Shown one piece after another: positions 8,310 through 19,077 of a stretch of 32,000 nucleotides of DNA. The DNA comes from Kineococcus radiotolerans SRS30216 = ATCC BAA-149 (GTDB lineage Bacteria; Actinomycetota; Actinomycetes; Actinomycetales; Kineococcaceae): assembly GCF_000017305.1 (NCBI RefSeq), contig NC_009664.2, forward strand, positions 3,210,001 through 3,242,000. Direction: 5' to 3'. A program made the translations under genes and the position numbers. Under the pieces are notes generated by a model. The model saw nothing but the letters and a program-made list of their open reading frames with translations, did no database searches and had not been told where the DNA came from. How positions within the stretch are numbered: position 1 is the stretch's first letter; each line of letters starts with the position of its first letter.

Positions 8310-9285
8310 GGCGGCGGCTCCGCAGCAGCAGGACCACGAACACGACGGCCCCGACGACGCCCAGGACGAGGGAGACGGGGACCTCGAAGGGGCGGATGAC
8401 GGTGCGCCCCAGCAGGTCGCACACCGTCACGGCGGCGATCCCGAGCAGGCACACCCACGGCAGGTTGGTGCGCAGGTCGTCCCCGCGGAACATCGAGACG
8501 ACGTTGGGGACGATGAGCCCGAGGAAGGGGAGGTTCCCCACGACGACGGTGACCACGCCGGTGGCGACCGCGATGAGCGCGGTCCCCAGCAGGACGACGC
8601 GGTCGTGGTCGAGGCCCACGGTGGTGGCGACGTCCTTCCCCAGGCCGGCCAGGGTGAAGCGGTCGGCGCCGACGAAGACGAGGACGACGGCGGCGGCCGC
8701 GATCCACAGCACCTCGTACTGCCCGCGCAGCACCGAGGTGAAGCTGCCGGCGAACCAGATCCCCAGGCTCTGCAGCTTGTCGGTGGCCAGCGCCAGGTAC
8801 GTGGTGACCGAACCCACCACCGCCCCGAGCATGATGCCCACGATCGGGACGACGAGGGAGGACGTCAGCGCCACCCGCCGCAGGACCAGGAAGAAGACCA
8901 TCGTCCCGGCGAACGCCGCCGCGACGGCTCCCGCCATGCGCACGGTCAGGCTCGCGTCGGGGGCCAGGACCATCACGACGAGCAGGCCGAGACCGGCCCA
9001 CTCGGTCGTCCCCGTCGTGGTGGGTTCCACGAAGCGGTTCCGGGTCAGCATCTGCATCACCAGTCCCGACATGGCCATGGCCGCCCCGGCCAGCACCAGG
9101 GCGATCGTGCGCGGGACGCGGGTGATGCGGAACATCTCCGCCCCGTCCTCGGACCCGATCACGTCGTACGCGCCGGTGAGGAGGGACAGCGCCAGCAGCA
9201 CCGCGACGCCGAGGACGCCGAGGAGCAGCTTCGGTTCGAGCAGCCGCCGCTCACCCCGCGGCCGGGTCGCGGTCGCCACCGTCAC
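8302..9285 (-). CDS. FecCD-family iron-chelate ABC permease
   Basis: RITRVPRTIALVLAGAAMAMSGLVMQMLTRNRFVEPTTTG is the conserved FecCD N-terminal motif. The GTG start follows a GGGGG purine tract. Confidence 0.85.
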   Translation of the reverse strand: MTVATATRPRGERRLLEPKLLLGVLGVAVLLALSLLTGAYDVIGSEDGAEMFRITRVPRTIALVLAGAAMAMSGLVMQMLTRNRFVEPTTTGTTEWAGLGLLVVMVLAPDASLTVRMAGAVAAAFAGTMVFFLVLRRVALTSSLVVPIVGIMLGAVVGSVTTYLALATDKLQSLGIWFAGSFTSVLRGQYEVLWIAAAAVVLVFVGADRFTLAGLGKDVATTVGLDHDRVVLLGTALIAVATGVVTVVVGNLPFLGLIVPNVVSMFRGDDLRTNLPWVCLLGIAAVTVCDLLGRTVIRPFEVPVSLVLGVVGAVVFVVLLLRSRRRA

Positions 9286-9300
9286 GCCCCCTGCGCCCCG

Positions 9301-10290
9301 TCAGGCCCGCTCGAGCTGGTCGGCCAGCGCGTCGAAGAACTCGGTGTAGGTCTGGATGCCCTCGTTCGTGTAGGTATCCGCGGGCAGGGACACGACGTTG
9401 CCGGTCCGCACGGCGCTCACCCCGGCCAGGGCCTCGCTGGACTCGATGGCCTGCGCCGCGGGGACGTAACCGGGGGCGGCGGCCTCGCTGGTCGCGGCGT
9501 CGCGGTCCATGACGATGATCAGGTCGGGGTTCGAGGTGGCGATCGCCTCGACGGAGATGTCGTCGCCCTGGTGGTCGTCGCTGCCGCCGGGGACCTCCAG
9601 CGCGGGGGTGAGGCCGAGGACGTCGAACACCGGGCCGATGGTGCGGCCCGTGCTCGGGGCGACGTAGCCGAGCTCGCCGCCGGAGACGATGAGGCCCATG
9701 ACGGTGGTGCCGGGGGAGTAGGCGGCCTTCGCCCGGGCGATCGAGGCGTCGAGGGCGTCGTTGAGCGCCTCCGCCTCGGTCTGCTTGCCGAAGACCTCCC
9801 CGAGCAGGGTCGTGCTGCGCTTCAGCTCGGCGTCCAGGGGTTCCCCCTCGCGCGGGTCGACCTCGACGACGGCCGCGTCCGGGGCGAGTTCCACGAGGTC
9901 CCCGCGGAACTGCGCGAAGCGCCCGCCGTTGACGATGAGGTCGGGGTCGGCGGCGACGACGGCCTCGAGGTCGGGTTCCCGGTGCGTCCCGAGGTCGACG
10001 ACGGAGTCGTCGGTCTTGTAGGAGACCGTCGCCGGCATCAGCGCCCGCGGCGCGGCGGTGAGCGGCACGTCCCAGGCGTCGAGGGTCTCGAACGTGCTGT
10101 TGTCGGTGGCGACGACGGAGCGGGCGGGGGAGGGGACGGTCTGGGGGCCGTGGTTGTCCTGGACGGTCACCGTCGTCGGTTCGGCGGCCGCGGCGGGTTC
10201 CTCCGCGGACCGGGTGCCCGAGCAGGCGGTCAGGGTCAGCGCGACCAGCGTCCCGGCGGCGGCGAGGCGGAGCGAACGGGCAGGAGGCAT
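9301..10290 (-). CDS. Siderophore ABC transporter substrate-binding lipoprotein (YclQ-like)
   Basis: A signal peptide with lipobox LTLTAC is present. The cluster-8 periplasmic binding fold pattern is visible (...PDLIVNGGRF..., ...PDLIIVMDRD...). A GAGGGA Shine-Dalgarno sequence lies 5 nt before ATG 10290. Confidence 0.85.
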   Translation of the reverse strand: MPPARSLRLAAAGTLVALTLTACSGTRSAEEPAAAAEPTTVTVQDNHGPQTVPSPARSVVATDNSTFETLDAWDVPLTAAPRALMPATVSYKTDDSVVDLGTHREPDLEAVVAADPDLIVNGGRFAQFRGDLVELAPDAAVVEVDPREGEPLDAELKRSTTLLGEVFGKQTEAEALNDALDASIARAKAAYSPGTTVMGLIVSGGELGYVAPSTGRTIGPVFDVLGLTPALEVPGGSDDHQGDDISVEAIATSNPDLIIVMDRDAATSEAAAPGYVPAAQAIESSEALAGVSAVRTGNVVSLPADTYTNEGIQTYTEFFDALADQLERA

Positions 10291-10352
10291 GGCTGTCCCT
10301 CGGGGGTGTCGACGACGGGTCCGTGCGCGTCCCCGACCCGGGGAGGCGACGT

Positions 10353-10371
10353 TCAGTTGAGCCTAACCTAA
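10353..10371. promoter_or_regulatory. IdeR/DtxR-type iron box upstream of the siderophore ABC operon
   Basis: TCAGTTGAGCCTAACCTAA matches the palindromic consensus TTAGGTTAGCCTAACCTAA at 16 of 19 positions. It lies 63-81 nt upstream of the substrate-binding-protein start, in a local low-GC patch, and contains a TANNNT (TAGGCT) on the operon strand. Confidence 0.7.
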
Positions 10372-10550
10372 GCCGAGGTGGGCCGAGGTGGGGGTGCGCG
10401 CAGGTGGCGCGGACGGCGTCGTCCGGCCGGACGGGGCGCGGCGGGACGGGGGCGCGGCGGGTGGGGTTCGCGCGAGGAGTGGCCGACGGGGCCCCGGGTC
10501 CGGGGAGGGTTCCGCGGGAGCGGGTCTCGACACCGCGACGCCCGAGGGAG

Positions 10551-10623
10551 TGCCCCCGGCAGGATTCGAACCTGCGACACACGGTTTAGGAAACCGATGC
10601 TCTATCCCCTGAGCTACGGGGGC
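10551..10623 (-). tRNA. tRNA-Arg (anticodon CCT)
   Basis: The reverse complement folds as a cloverleaf. The acceptor stem is GCCCCCG/CGGGGGC. The D arm is GCTC-AGGGGATA-GAGC. The anticodon loop is TT-CCT-AA. The T arm is GCAGG-TTCGAAT-CCTGC. The discriminator is A, and no CCA is encoded. Confidence 0.95.
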
Positions 10624-10908
10624 GCAGCCCAGAGCCTACCGGTGGGGCGCGCGCGGCCGTGCGGTGGCCGCGGCCGGGGCGCCCGTTCGTACGACGTCGT
10701 CGAACTACGACGCTGTGTCGTTGGGAATCTCCTGCGCTGCAAGCGAACACCGGCCCCGCACCGCGCCCCCGCGGTCACCGGAGGTCCGTCCGGGTGCCTA
10801 CACTCAAGCAGCAAGGACCACCGACCGATGGCCTCTCTAGGTGATCGGGCACGAGTCGACGGGGACTCCGACACCCACTCGACGTCGTCTCCTGAGGAGT
10901 ACACCGGA

Positions 10909-11334
10909 ATGCCCGCCACCACGCTCCGCACCGCTTCGCGCGCCGACCGCGCGCAGCAGCTCCCGACCCAGCGCCGCGCGCCCCGCCAGCAGGCCGCCGT
11001 CGCCGCGCTGGACGCCGCGCTGCAGGAGTCCGGCTGCATCCTCGTCTCGACCTCCGTGGCCGAGGCGGGCTGCACCCTCGCCTTCTACGACGCCCGCTCC
11101 CTCGGGCGCGCCGTCGACGTCATCGCCTCCGCCGCCGCCCGCGCCGGCGACGCCGGCCTCGCCGCCCGCGCCCGTCAGCAGGGCGGGGCCGCGTGGAAGG
11201 TGACCGCGCAGCCCCAGACCTGGAACGGCACCGAGGGCGACCCCGAGGCCTGCGGCAACCGGTCCTCGACCAGCTGGCGCCTCGACATCCCGCTCACCGA
11301 CCTCGTCCCGACCGCCGCCGCCCTGCTGGCCTGA
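10909..11334 (+). CDS. Hypothetical protein, 141 aa
   Basis: A GAGGAG Shine-Dalgarno sequence lies 8-9 nt before ATG 10909 and third positions are G/C-saturated from that point. The upstream part of the 318-aa track ORF has poor codon bias and overlaps the tRNA. No motif was recognised. Confidence 0.6.
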   Translation: MPATTLRTASRADRAQQLPTQRRAPRQQAAVAALDAALQESGCILVSTSVAEAGCTLAFYDARSLGRAVDVIASAAARAGDAGLAARARQQGGAAWKVTAQPQTWNGTEGDPEACGNRSSTSWRLDIPLTDLVPTAAALLA

Positions 11335-11335
11335 G

Positions 11336-12235
11336 CTAGACCTCGATCTCCGCGAGCACCGCCGGCACCTGGGCCGGCAGCTCGCGGGCCAGGAAGCCCA
11401 GCCGGCCCACCGAGCTGGCCAGCCGGTCACCGGCCCGCCCGTGCAGGTGGCAGGCCCACACGGCGGCCTGGACGGGGTCCGCGCCCCGCGCGCACAACCC
11501 CGTGACGATCCCCGACAGGACGTCGCCGGACCCGGACACCCCGAGCCCGGCCCCGCCGGAGGAGTCCCGCCACAGGCGGCCGTCGGGCGCCGCGATCCAC
11601 GACTCCCCGCCCCCCGCGGCGACCGCGCACCGGCTGCGCCGGGCCAGCTCCACGGCCGCCGAGGCCACGTCGGCTTCCACCTCCTCGGGCTCGGCGCCCA
11701 GCACGATCGCCAGCTCCGCCAGGTTCGGGGTGAGCACCGCCGACCCCTGCAGGTGGTGCAGGAACGTCACGTCCGCCGTCACCGGCGCCAGGCCCAGCGC
11801 GTCCAGGACCACGACGTTGCCCAGGCCGGGGACCAGCTGCTCCAGCAGCGCCCGCACGTCCGGCTCGTCGACCGCACCCACCCCCAGTAGCGCCGCGTGG
11901 GCGTTGCGGACCAGGTCCACCAGTTCCCCGCCCTCCGCGGCGCACGCCGGGTCGATTCCCCCGCCCCCGGTCTCCGGCAGCGGCAGCACCAGCGCCTCGG
12001 GGACGGCCACGCCCATCGCGGGGGCCGTGGAGCGGGTCGTGGCGACCTGCAGCTTGCCCGCCCCGCACCGCAGCGCGGACTCCGCGGCCAGCAGCACCGC
12101 ACCGGGGGTGCGGGTGCTGCCGCCCACCACGATCGTGCGCCCGCGCGACTCCTTCCCCGTGCCCGGCGGGGGCAACGGCCAGTCCCGCAGGACCGCGGAG
12201 GTCACGGTCACGGCCCGGTCAGCGGTGTTCGTCAT
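11336..12235 (-). CDS. nnrD: ADP-dependent NAD(P)H-hydrate dehydratase (YjeF C-terminal type)
   Basis: Carbohydrate-kinase-like motifs are present: ...IVVGGSTRTPGAVLLAAESALRCGAGKLQVAT... and the C-terminal GVSGSGDVLSGIVTGL. The ATG overlaps the upstream stop (ATGA). Confidence 0.8.
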   Translation of the reverse strand: MTNTADRAVTVTSAVLRDWPLPPPGTGKESRGRTIVVGGSTRTPGAVLLAAESALRCGAGKLQVATTRSTAPAMGVAVPEALVLPLPETGGGGIDPACAAEGGELVDLVRNAHAALLGVGAVDEPDVRALLEQLVPGLGNVVVLDALGLAPVTADVTFLHHLQGSAVLTPNLAELAIVLGAEPEEVEADVASAAVELARRSRCAVAAGGGESWIAAPDGRLWRDSSGGAGLGVSGSGDVLSGIVTGLCARGADPVQAAVWACHLHGRAGDRLASSVGRLGFLARELPAQVPAVLAEIEV

Positions 12236-12993
12236 CGTGCCCTCGGTTCGTCGTCCACGTCGTCGTCGGTCAGCCGCACGTCCTGCACGGCGGTGGTGTC
12301 GCCCGCCAGCCCCAGCGCCATCGCGGCGCCCTCGCGGCGGTAGGCGGTCACCGAGCAGTTGGCGAGGGGGGCCTCAGCGTCCAGCTGCAGCAGGCGCGCC
12401 TCGTCCAGCCCCTCCAGGACCAGCCGGAAGTTCATGATCACCGCTTGGTGGGAGACCAGCAGGACCCGCCGGCCGGGGTGCTCCTCGCGCAGGGAGGACA
12501 GGACGCTGCGCACCCGCAGGGCCACGTCGCACCAGCTCTCCCCGCCCGGGGGGCGGTAGTAGAACTTGCCGATCCGCTGCCGGCGCGCGGCCTCCTCCGG
12601 GAAGCGCGCGCGGACCCCCGCCCCGGTCAGACCGTCCCACCAGCCCAGGTCCCGCTCGCGCAGCCGCTCGTCGGTGCGCGGCTCCGGGACGTCGTGCCCC
12701 GCCCCGCGGGCCGCCTCCACGACGGCGAGGGCGGTGTCGTGCGCCCGGGCGTAGGGCGAGCAGAGCACCACCTCCGGCGGAGCCGGAGCCCCCTCCGCGC
12801 TCGCCAGCCAGTGCCCCACCGCGCGCGCCTGACGGGCCCCCAGGGGCGAGAGCGGGACGTCGGCGTCCCGCTCGGCGACGTCCACCACCTCGGCGCGGGT
12901 CGAGCGGGCGTGCGCGTCGGCCAGGTTCCCCGTCGACTGCCCGTGGCGGACGAGGACGAGTTCGGCGGGCCAGGAGCGCGAGGCGTCGATCAC
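12232..12993 (-). CDS. Histidine phosphatase family protein (phosphoglycerate mutase-like)
   Basis: The N-terminal LVLVRHGQSTGN carries the RHG catalytic motif and the distal SHQAVI supplies the second histidine. A GAGG lies 7 nt before GTG 12993. Confidence 0.85.
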   Translation of the reverse strand: MIDASRSWPAELVLVRHGQSTGNLADAHARSTRAEVVDVAERDADVPLSPLGARQARAVGHWLASAEGAPAPPEVVLCSPYARAHDTALAVVEAARGAGHDVPEPRTDERLRERDLGWWDGLTGAGVRARFPEEAARRQRIGKFYYRPPGGESWCDVALRVRSVLSSLREEHPGRRVLLVSHQAVIMNFRLVLEGLDEARLLQLDAEAPLANCSVTAYRREGAAMALGLAGDTTAVQDVRLTDDDVDDEPRAR

Positions 12994-13070
12994 GGCTCAA
13001 CCTCTACCCCTCCTCGTGCGGCCCTGCCCGCTGAGCCGGGCCGGGACGCGCTCGGGGGAAGGGGATGACA

Positions 13071-13110
13071 GCCACGGGGGGGAGGATGACAAGGTGTCAC
13101 CACCCGTGGC
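13071..13110. promoter_or_regulatory. Nested inverted repeat in the divergent intergenic region
   Basis: The outer arms are gccacggg (13071-13078) and cccgtggc (13103-13110). They enclose the inner palindrome tgaca-agg-tgtca (13087-13099). A direct repeat ggatgaca occurs at 13063-13070 and 13084-13091. Confidence 0.3.
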
Positions 13111-13150
13111 GGTCGATCCGGCGCCGCGGTCGAGGCGAGGAGGGACGGGC

Positions 13151-14806
13151 GTGCTGAGCGCGTGGCACCGCCTCATGACGAGGACGACGTTGCAGCGGCG
13201 GGTCTCCGTCCTGGGCCTGACCTTCCTCCTGATCGTGCTCGTGCTCACCGCCGTGCTCGTGCGGAGCCTGGTGACCTCCTCCCAGGGTCCGGGAGGAGCC
13301 CAGGAGGAGACCTTCGACCGGACCTTCACCGACCAGGTGGGCACCTTCCAGCGCGGCCTCGTCGTGGCGCAGGTCGCCCACCAGGGGTTCATCACCGCCG
13401 ACGACACGACCTACGCCGACCGCCGCGCGGCCCGCGCGAAGGCCATGGCCGACTACGCGCGGGTGCGCACCCAGCTCGTCGCCCGGCTGCCCGCCCTCGA
13501 CACCCCGACCCGGCGGCAGCTCACCGGCGTCCTCGACGGCGCCGCCCGGTGGCGCTCGCTGGCCGACGGCCAGGCCGCCCTGAAGGAGGCCTCGAACCAG
13601 GACGGGCTGAGCGCCTCCATCGTCAACGCCCCCGCGACCACCGCCTTCGGCACCGTGTACCGGGACGTCGCCGTGCTGCACCAGCACCTGACCACCGCCC
13701 GGGAGGAGGCGACGAAGCAGTACCAGGACGAGCGCAACCAGACCCGCTGGAGCCAGTTCGTCGTCGCCGCCATCGCCCTGCTGCTGGTGCCGATCGCCCT
13801 GCACCTGGTGCGGCGCTGGGTGATCCGCCCCCTCGACGCGCTGTCCGCGCAGCTGGTGCGGGTGGGCACCGGCGACCTGCAGACGCCCATCGCGCTGCCC
13901 GGCCCGCCCGAGCTCGCCGCCGTCGCCGCCTCCGCGGAGATGATGCGCCGGCGGATCCTCGACGAGCTCGCCGACGCCGTCTCGGCCCGCGAGGCGCTGG
14001 CCCAGGGGCAGCCGCTGGTGGCCGAGGTGCGCGACCAGCTCGCCGCCCACGACCTCCCCGTCGTCGCCGGCTGGTCCTCCGCCGCGGCCCTGCGCCCGGC
14101 CGAGGGGCTGCTCGCCGGCGACTGGTACGACGTGCTGCCGCTGCCCGACGGGCGCTTCGCCGTCGTCGTCGCCGACGTCTCCGGCCACGGCGCCCGCGCC
14201 GGCATCGTCGCCATCCAGCTCAAGCGCCTCCTGGAGGCGGCCCTGCACCTCGCCCCCGAACCGGACCTGGCCCTGGCCATGGCCGCCCGCGTCTTCGCCG
14301 ACGAGGCCGAGCGCTTCGCCAGCTGCGTCGTCGTGGTCGTCGACCCCGACTCCGGCACCGTCCGCTACGCCAACGCGGGCCACCCCGCCCCGCTGGTCCT
14401 GCGCCGCGACGACGCCGTCGAGGGCGGGATCCGCGTGGTCGGCGAGCTCGGGCCCACCGGCCCGCTGCTGTCCTGGCTGCACCTGGACGTCCCCGGCAGC
14501 TGGCGCACCGAGACCGCGTCGATGGCGCCCGGGTCGCTGCTGGTGGTCTACACCGACGGCCTCACCGAGGCCCGCCCCACCGGCACCACCGACGAGCTGG
14601 GCATCTCCGGGGTCCTCCAGGCCCTGCGGCGGCTGCCCGAGCTGACCCCGCAGGCCCTGGTCGAGGAGGCCCTCGAGGTGGCCCGCCGCCACAGCGGGGG
14701 CCGGGCCCGCGACGACGTCACCCTGGTCGCCCTCGCCCGCGGCAGCGCGCTCCCCGCGGCGCGCCCGCTCGGCGCGCGCGACGGCGCGCACGAGCTCCGC
14801 ACCTGA
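13151..14806 (+). CDS. Membrane sensor PP2C/SpoIIE-type serine phosphatase with an extracytoplasmic domain and HAMP
   Basis: Two transmembrane helices flank a roughly 170-aa outside domain. A HAMP-like segment follows (RRWVIRPLDALSAQLVRVGTGDL). SpoIIE motifs are present: GDWYDV, VVVADVSGHG, YANAGHP and VVYTDGLTEA. GTG 13151 has a GAGGAGGGA Shine-Dalgarno sequence; ATG 13175 is an alternative start. Confidence 0.85.
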   Translation: MLSAWHRLMTRTTLQRRVSVLGLTFLLIVLVLTAVLVRSLVTSSQGPGGAQEETFDRTFTDQVGTFQRGLVVAQVAHQGFITADDTTYADRRAARAKAMADYARVRTQLVARLPALDTPTRRQLTGVLDGAARWRSLADGQAALKEASNQDGLSASIVNAPATTAFGTVYRDVAVLHQHLTTAREEATKQYQDERNQTRWSQFVVAAIALLLVPIALHLVRRWVIRPLDALSAQLVRVGTGDLQTPIALPGPPELAAVAASAEMMRRRILDELADAVSAREALAQGQPLVAEVRDQLAAHDLPVVAGWSSAAALRPAEGLLAGDWYDVLPLPDGRFAVVVADVSGHGARAGIVAIQLKRLLEAALHLAPEPDLALAMAARVFADEAERFASCVVVVVDPDSGTVRYANAGHPAPLVLRRDDAVEGGIRVVGELGPTGPLLSWLHLDVPGSWRTETASMAPGSLLVVYTDGLTEARPTGTTDELGISGVLQALRRLPELTPQALVEEALEVARRHSGGRARDDVTLVALARGSALPAARPLGARDGAHELRT

Positions 14807-14829
14807 GCCGATCGGGCGCCGCGGACGCC

Positions 14830-14835
14830 TACTGT
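14830..14835 (+). promoter_or_regulatory. Candidate -10 hexamer (TACTGT) for a leaderless transcript of the 1274-aa gene
   Basis: The sequence reads TACTGT-tgactc-GTG, with 6 nt between the hexamer and the start codon and no Shine-Dalgarno sequence. Confidence 0.35.
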
Positions 14836-14841
14836 TGACTC

Positions 14842-18662
<3,821 letters not shown>

Positions 18663-18666
<4 letters not shown>

Positions 18667-18836
18667 GCCCGCGCGAGCCCGGCCCCGGGGAGCCGGGGGA
18701 CGCGGAGCCGGCCGTGACGACCCCGCTGGAGGACGAACGCTCGGCGGACGACCGCGACGAGGGCTGGGGCGAGCGGTCCGGGTCCGGCTTCGACGACGAG
18801 TGGTACCTCTCGCAACGTCCCCCGCACTGGGACTGA
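18663..18836 (+). CDS. Small acidic protein of 57 aa, absent from the supplied ORF track and translationally coupled to the helicase-like gene
   Basis: GTG 18663 overlaps the upstream TGA (GTGA). The translation is VSPREPGPGEPGDAEPAVTTPLEDERSADDRDEGWGERSGSGFDDEWYLSQRPPHWD, ending at TGA 18834-18836. About 54 of 57 codons end in G/C, matching the coding bias of neighbouring genes. Confidence 0.55.
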
Positions 18837-19077
18837 GCCGGTCCCGACCCCCGCTGGGTGCACCGCGCGTGATCGGCCACGTGCGGTGAGGCAGGGGTTC
18901 GTGACGGGGAGCTGAGCCCCTGTGACTCTCGGTCGAAAGTCGGGATTTCGTGCCGCCCCGCACCTTCTGCCGGGCGCCACCGAGCCCCATCATGGGCGCG
19001 GAACCTCGACCGGTGCTCCCCCGGACGGGGAGTCCGTCCCGAACCGCGGGCGGTCCCTCGACGGCGGGAGGTGGAGG

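Noticed and set aside
3116-10623. The minus-strand block next to tRNA-Arg might be a tRNA-targeted genomic island
   Set aside because: No integrase, transposase or excisionase is present and I found no duplicated tRNA 3' segment by eye. GC content and codon bias match the rest of the window. This cannot be excluded without a computational repeat search.
10378-11334. A 318-aa plus-strand ORF running across the tRNA locus
   Set aside because: Its 5' third overlaps the tRNA-Arg gene and a G-rich spacer with poor codon bias. A Shine-Dalgarno sequence and ATG at 10909 give a compact 141-aa gene with proper bias.
13016-13150. An extended N-terminus for the PP2C phosphatase from the ORF-track start at 13016
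   Set aside because: This stretch has A/T-ending codons (gat, tca, cca, aag) that are atypical for this genome, and it contains the palindromic regulatory-looking element. A strong Shine-Dalgarno sequence precedes GTG 13151.
18837-19077. The 240-nt leader of the GGDEF-EAL gene might be a riboswitch, for example c-di-GMP class I or II
   Set aside because: I could not recognise the conserved GEMM or other riboswitch cores. Only small local hairpins are present (for example ggacgg-ggagt-ccgtcc). The question is left open but unsupported.
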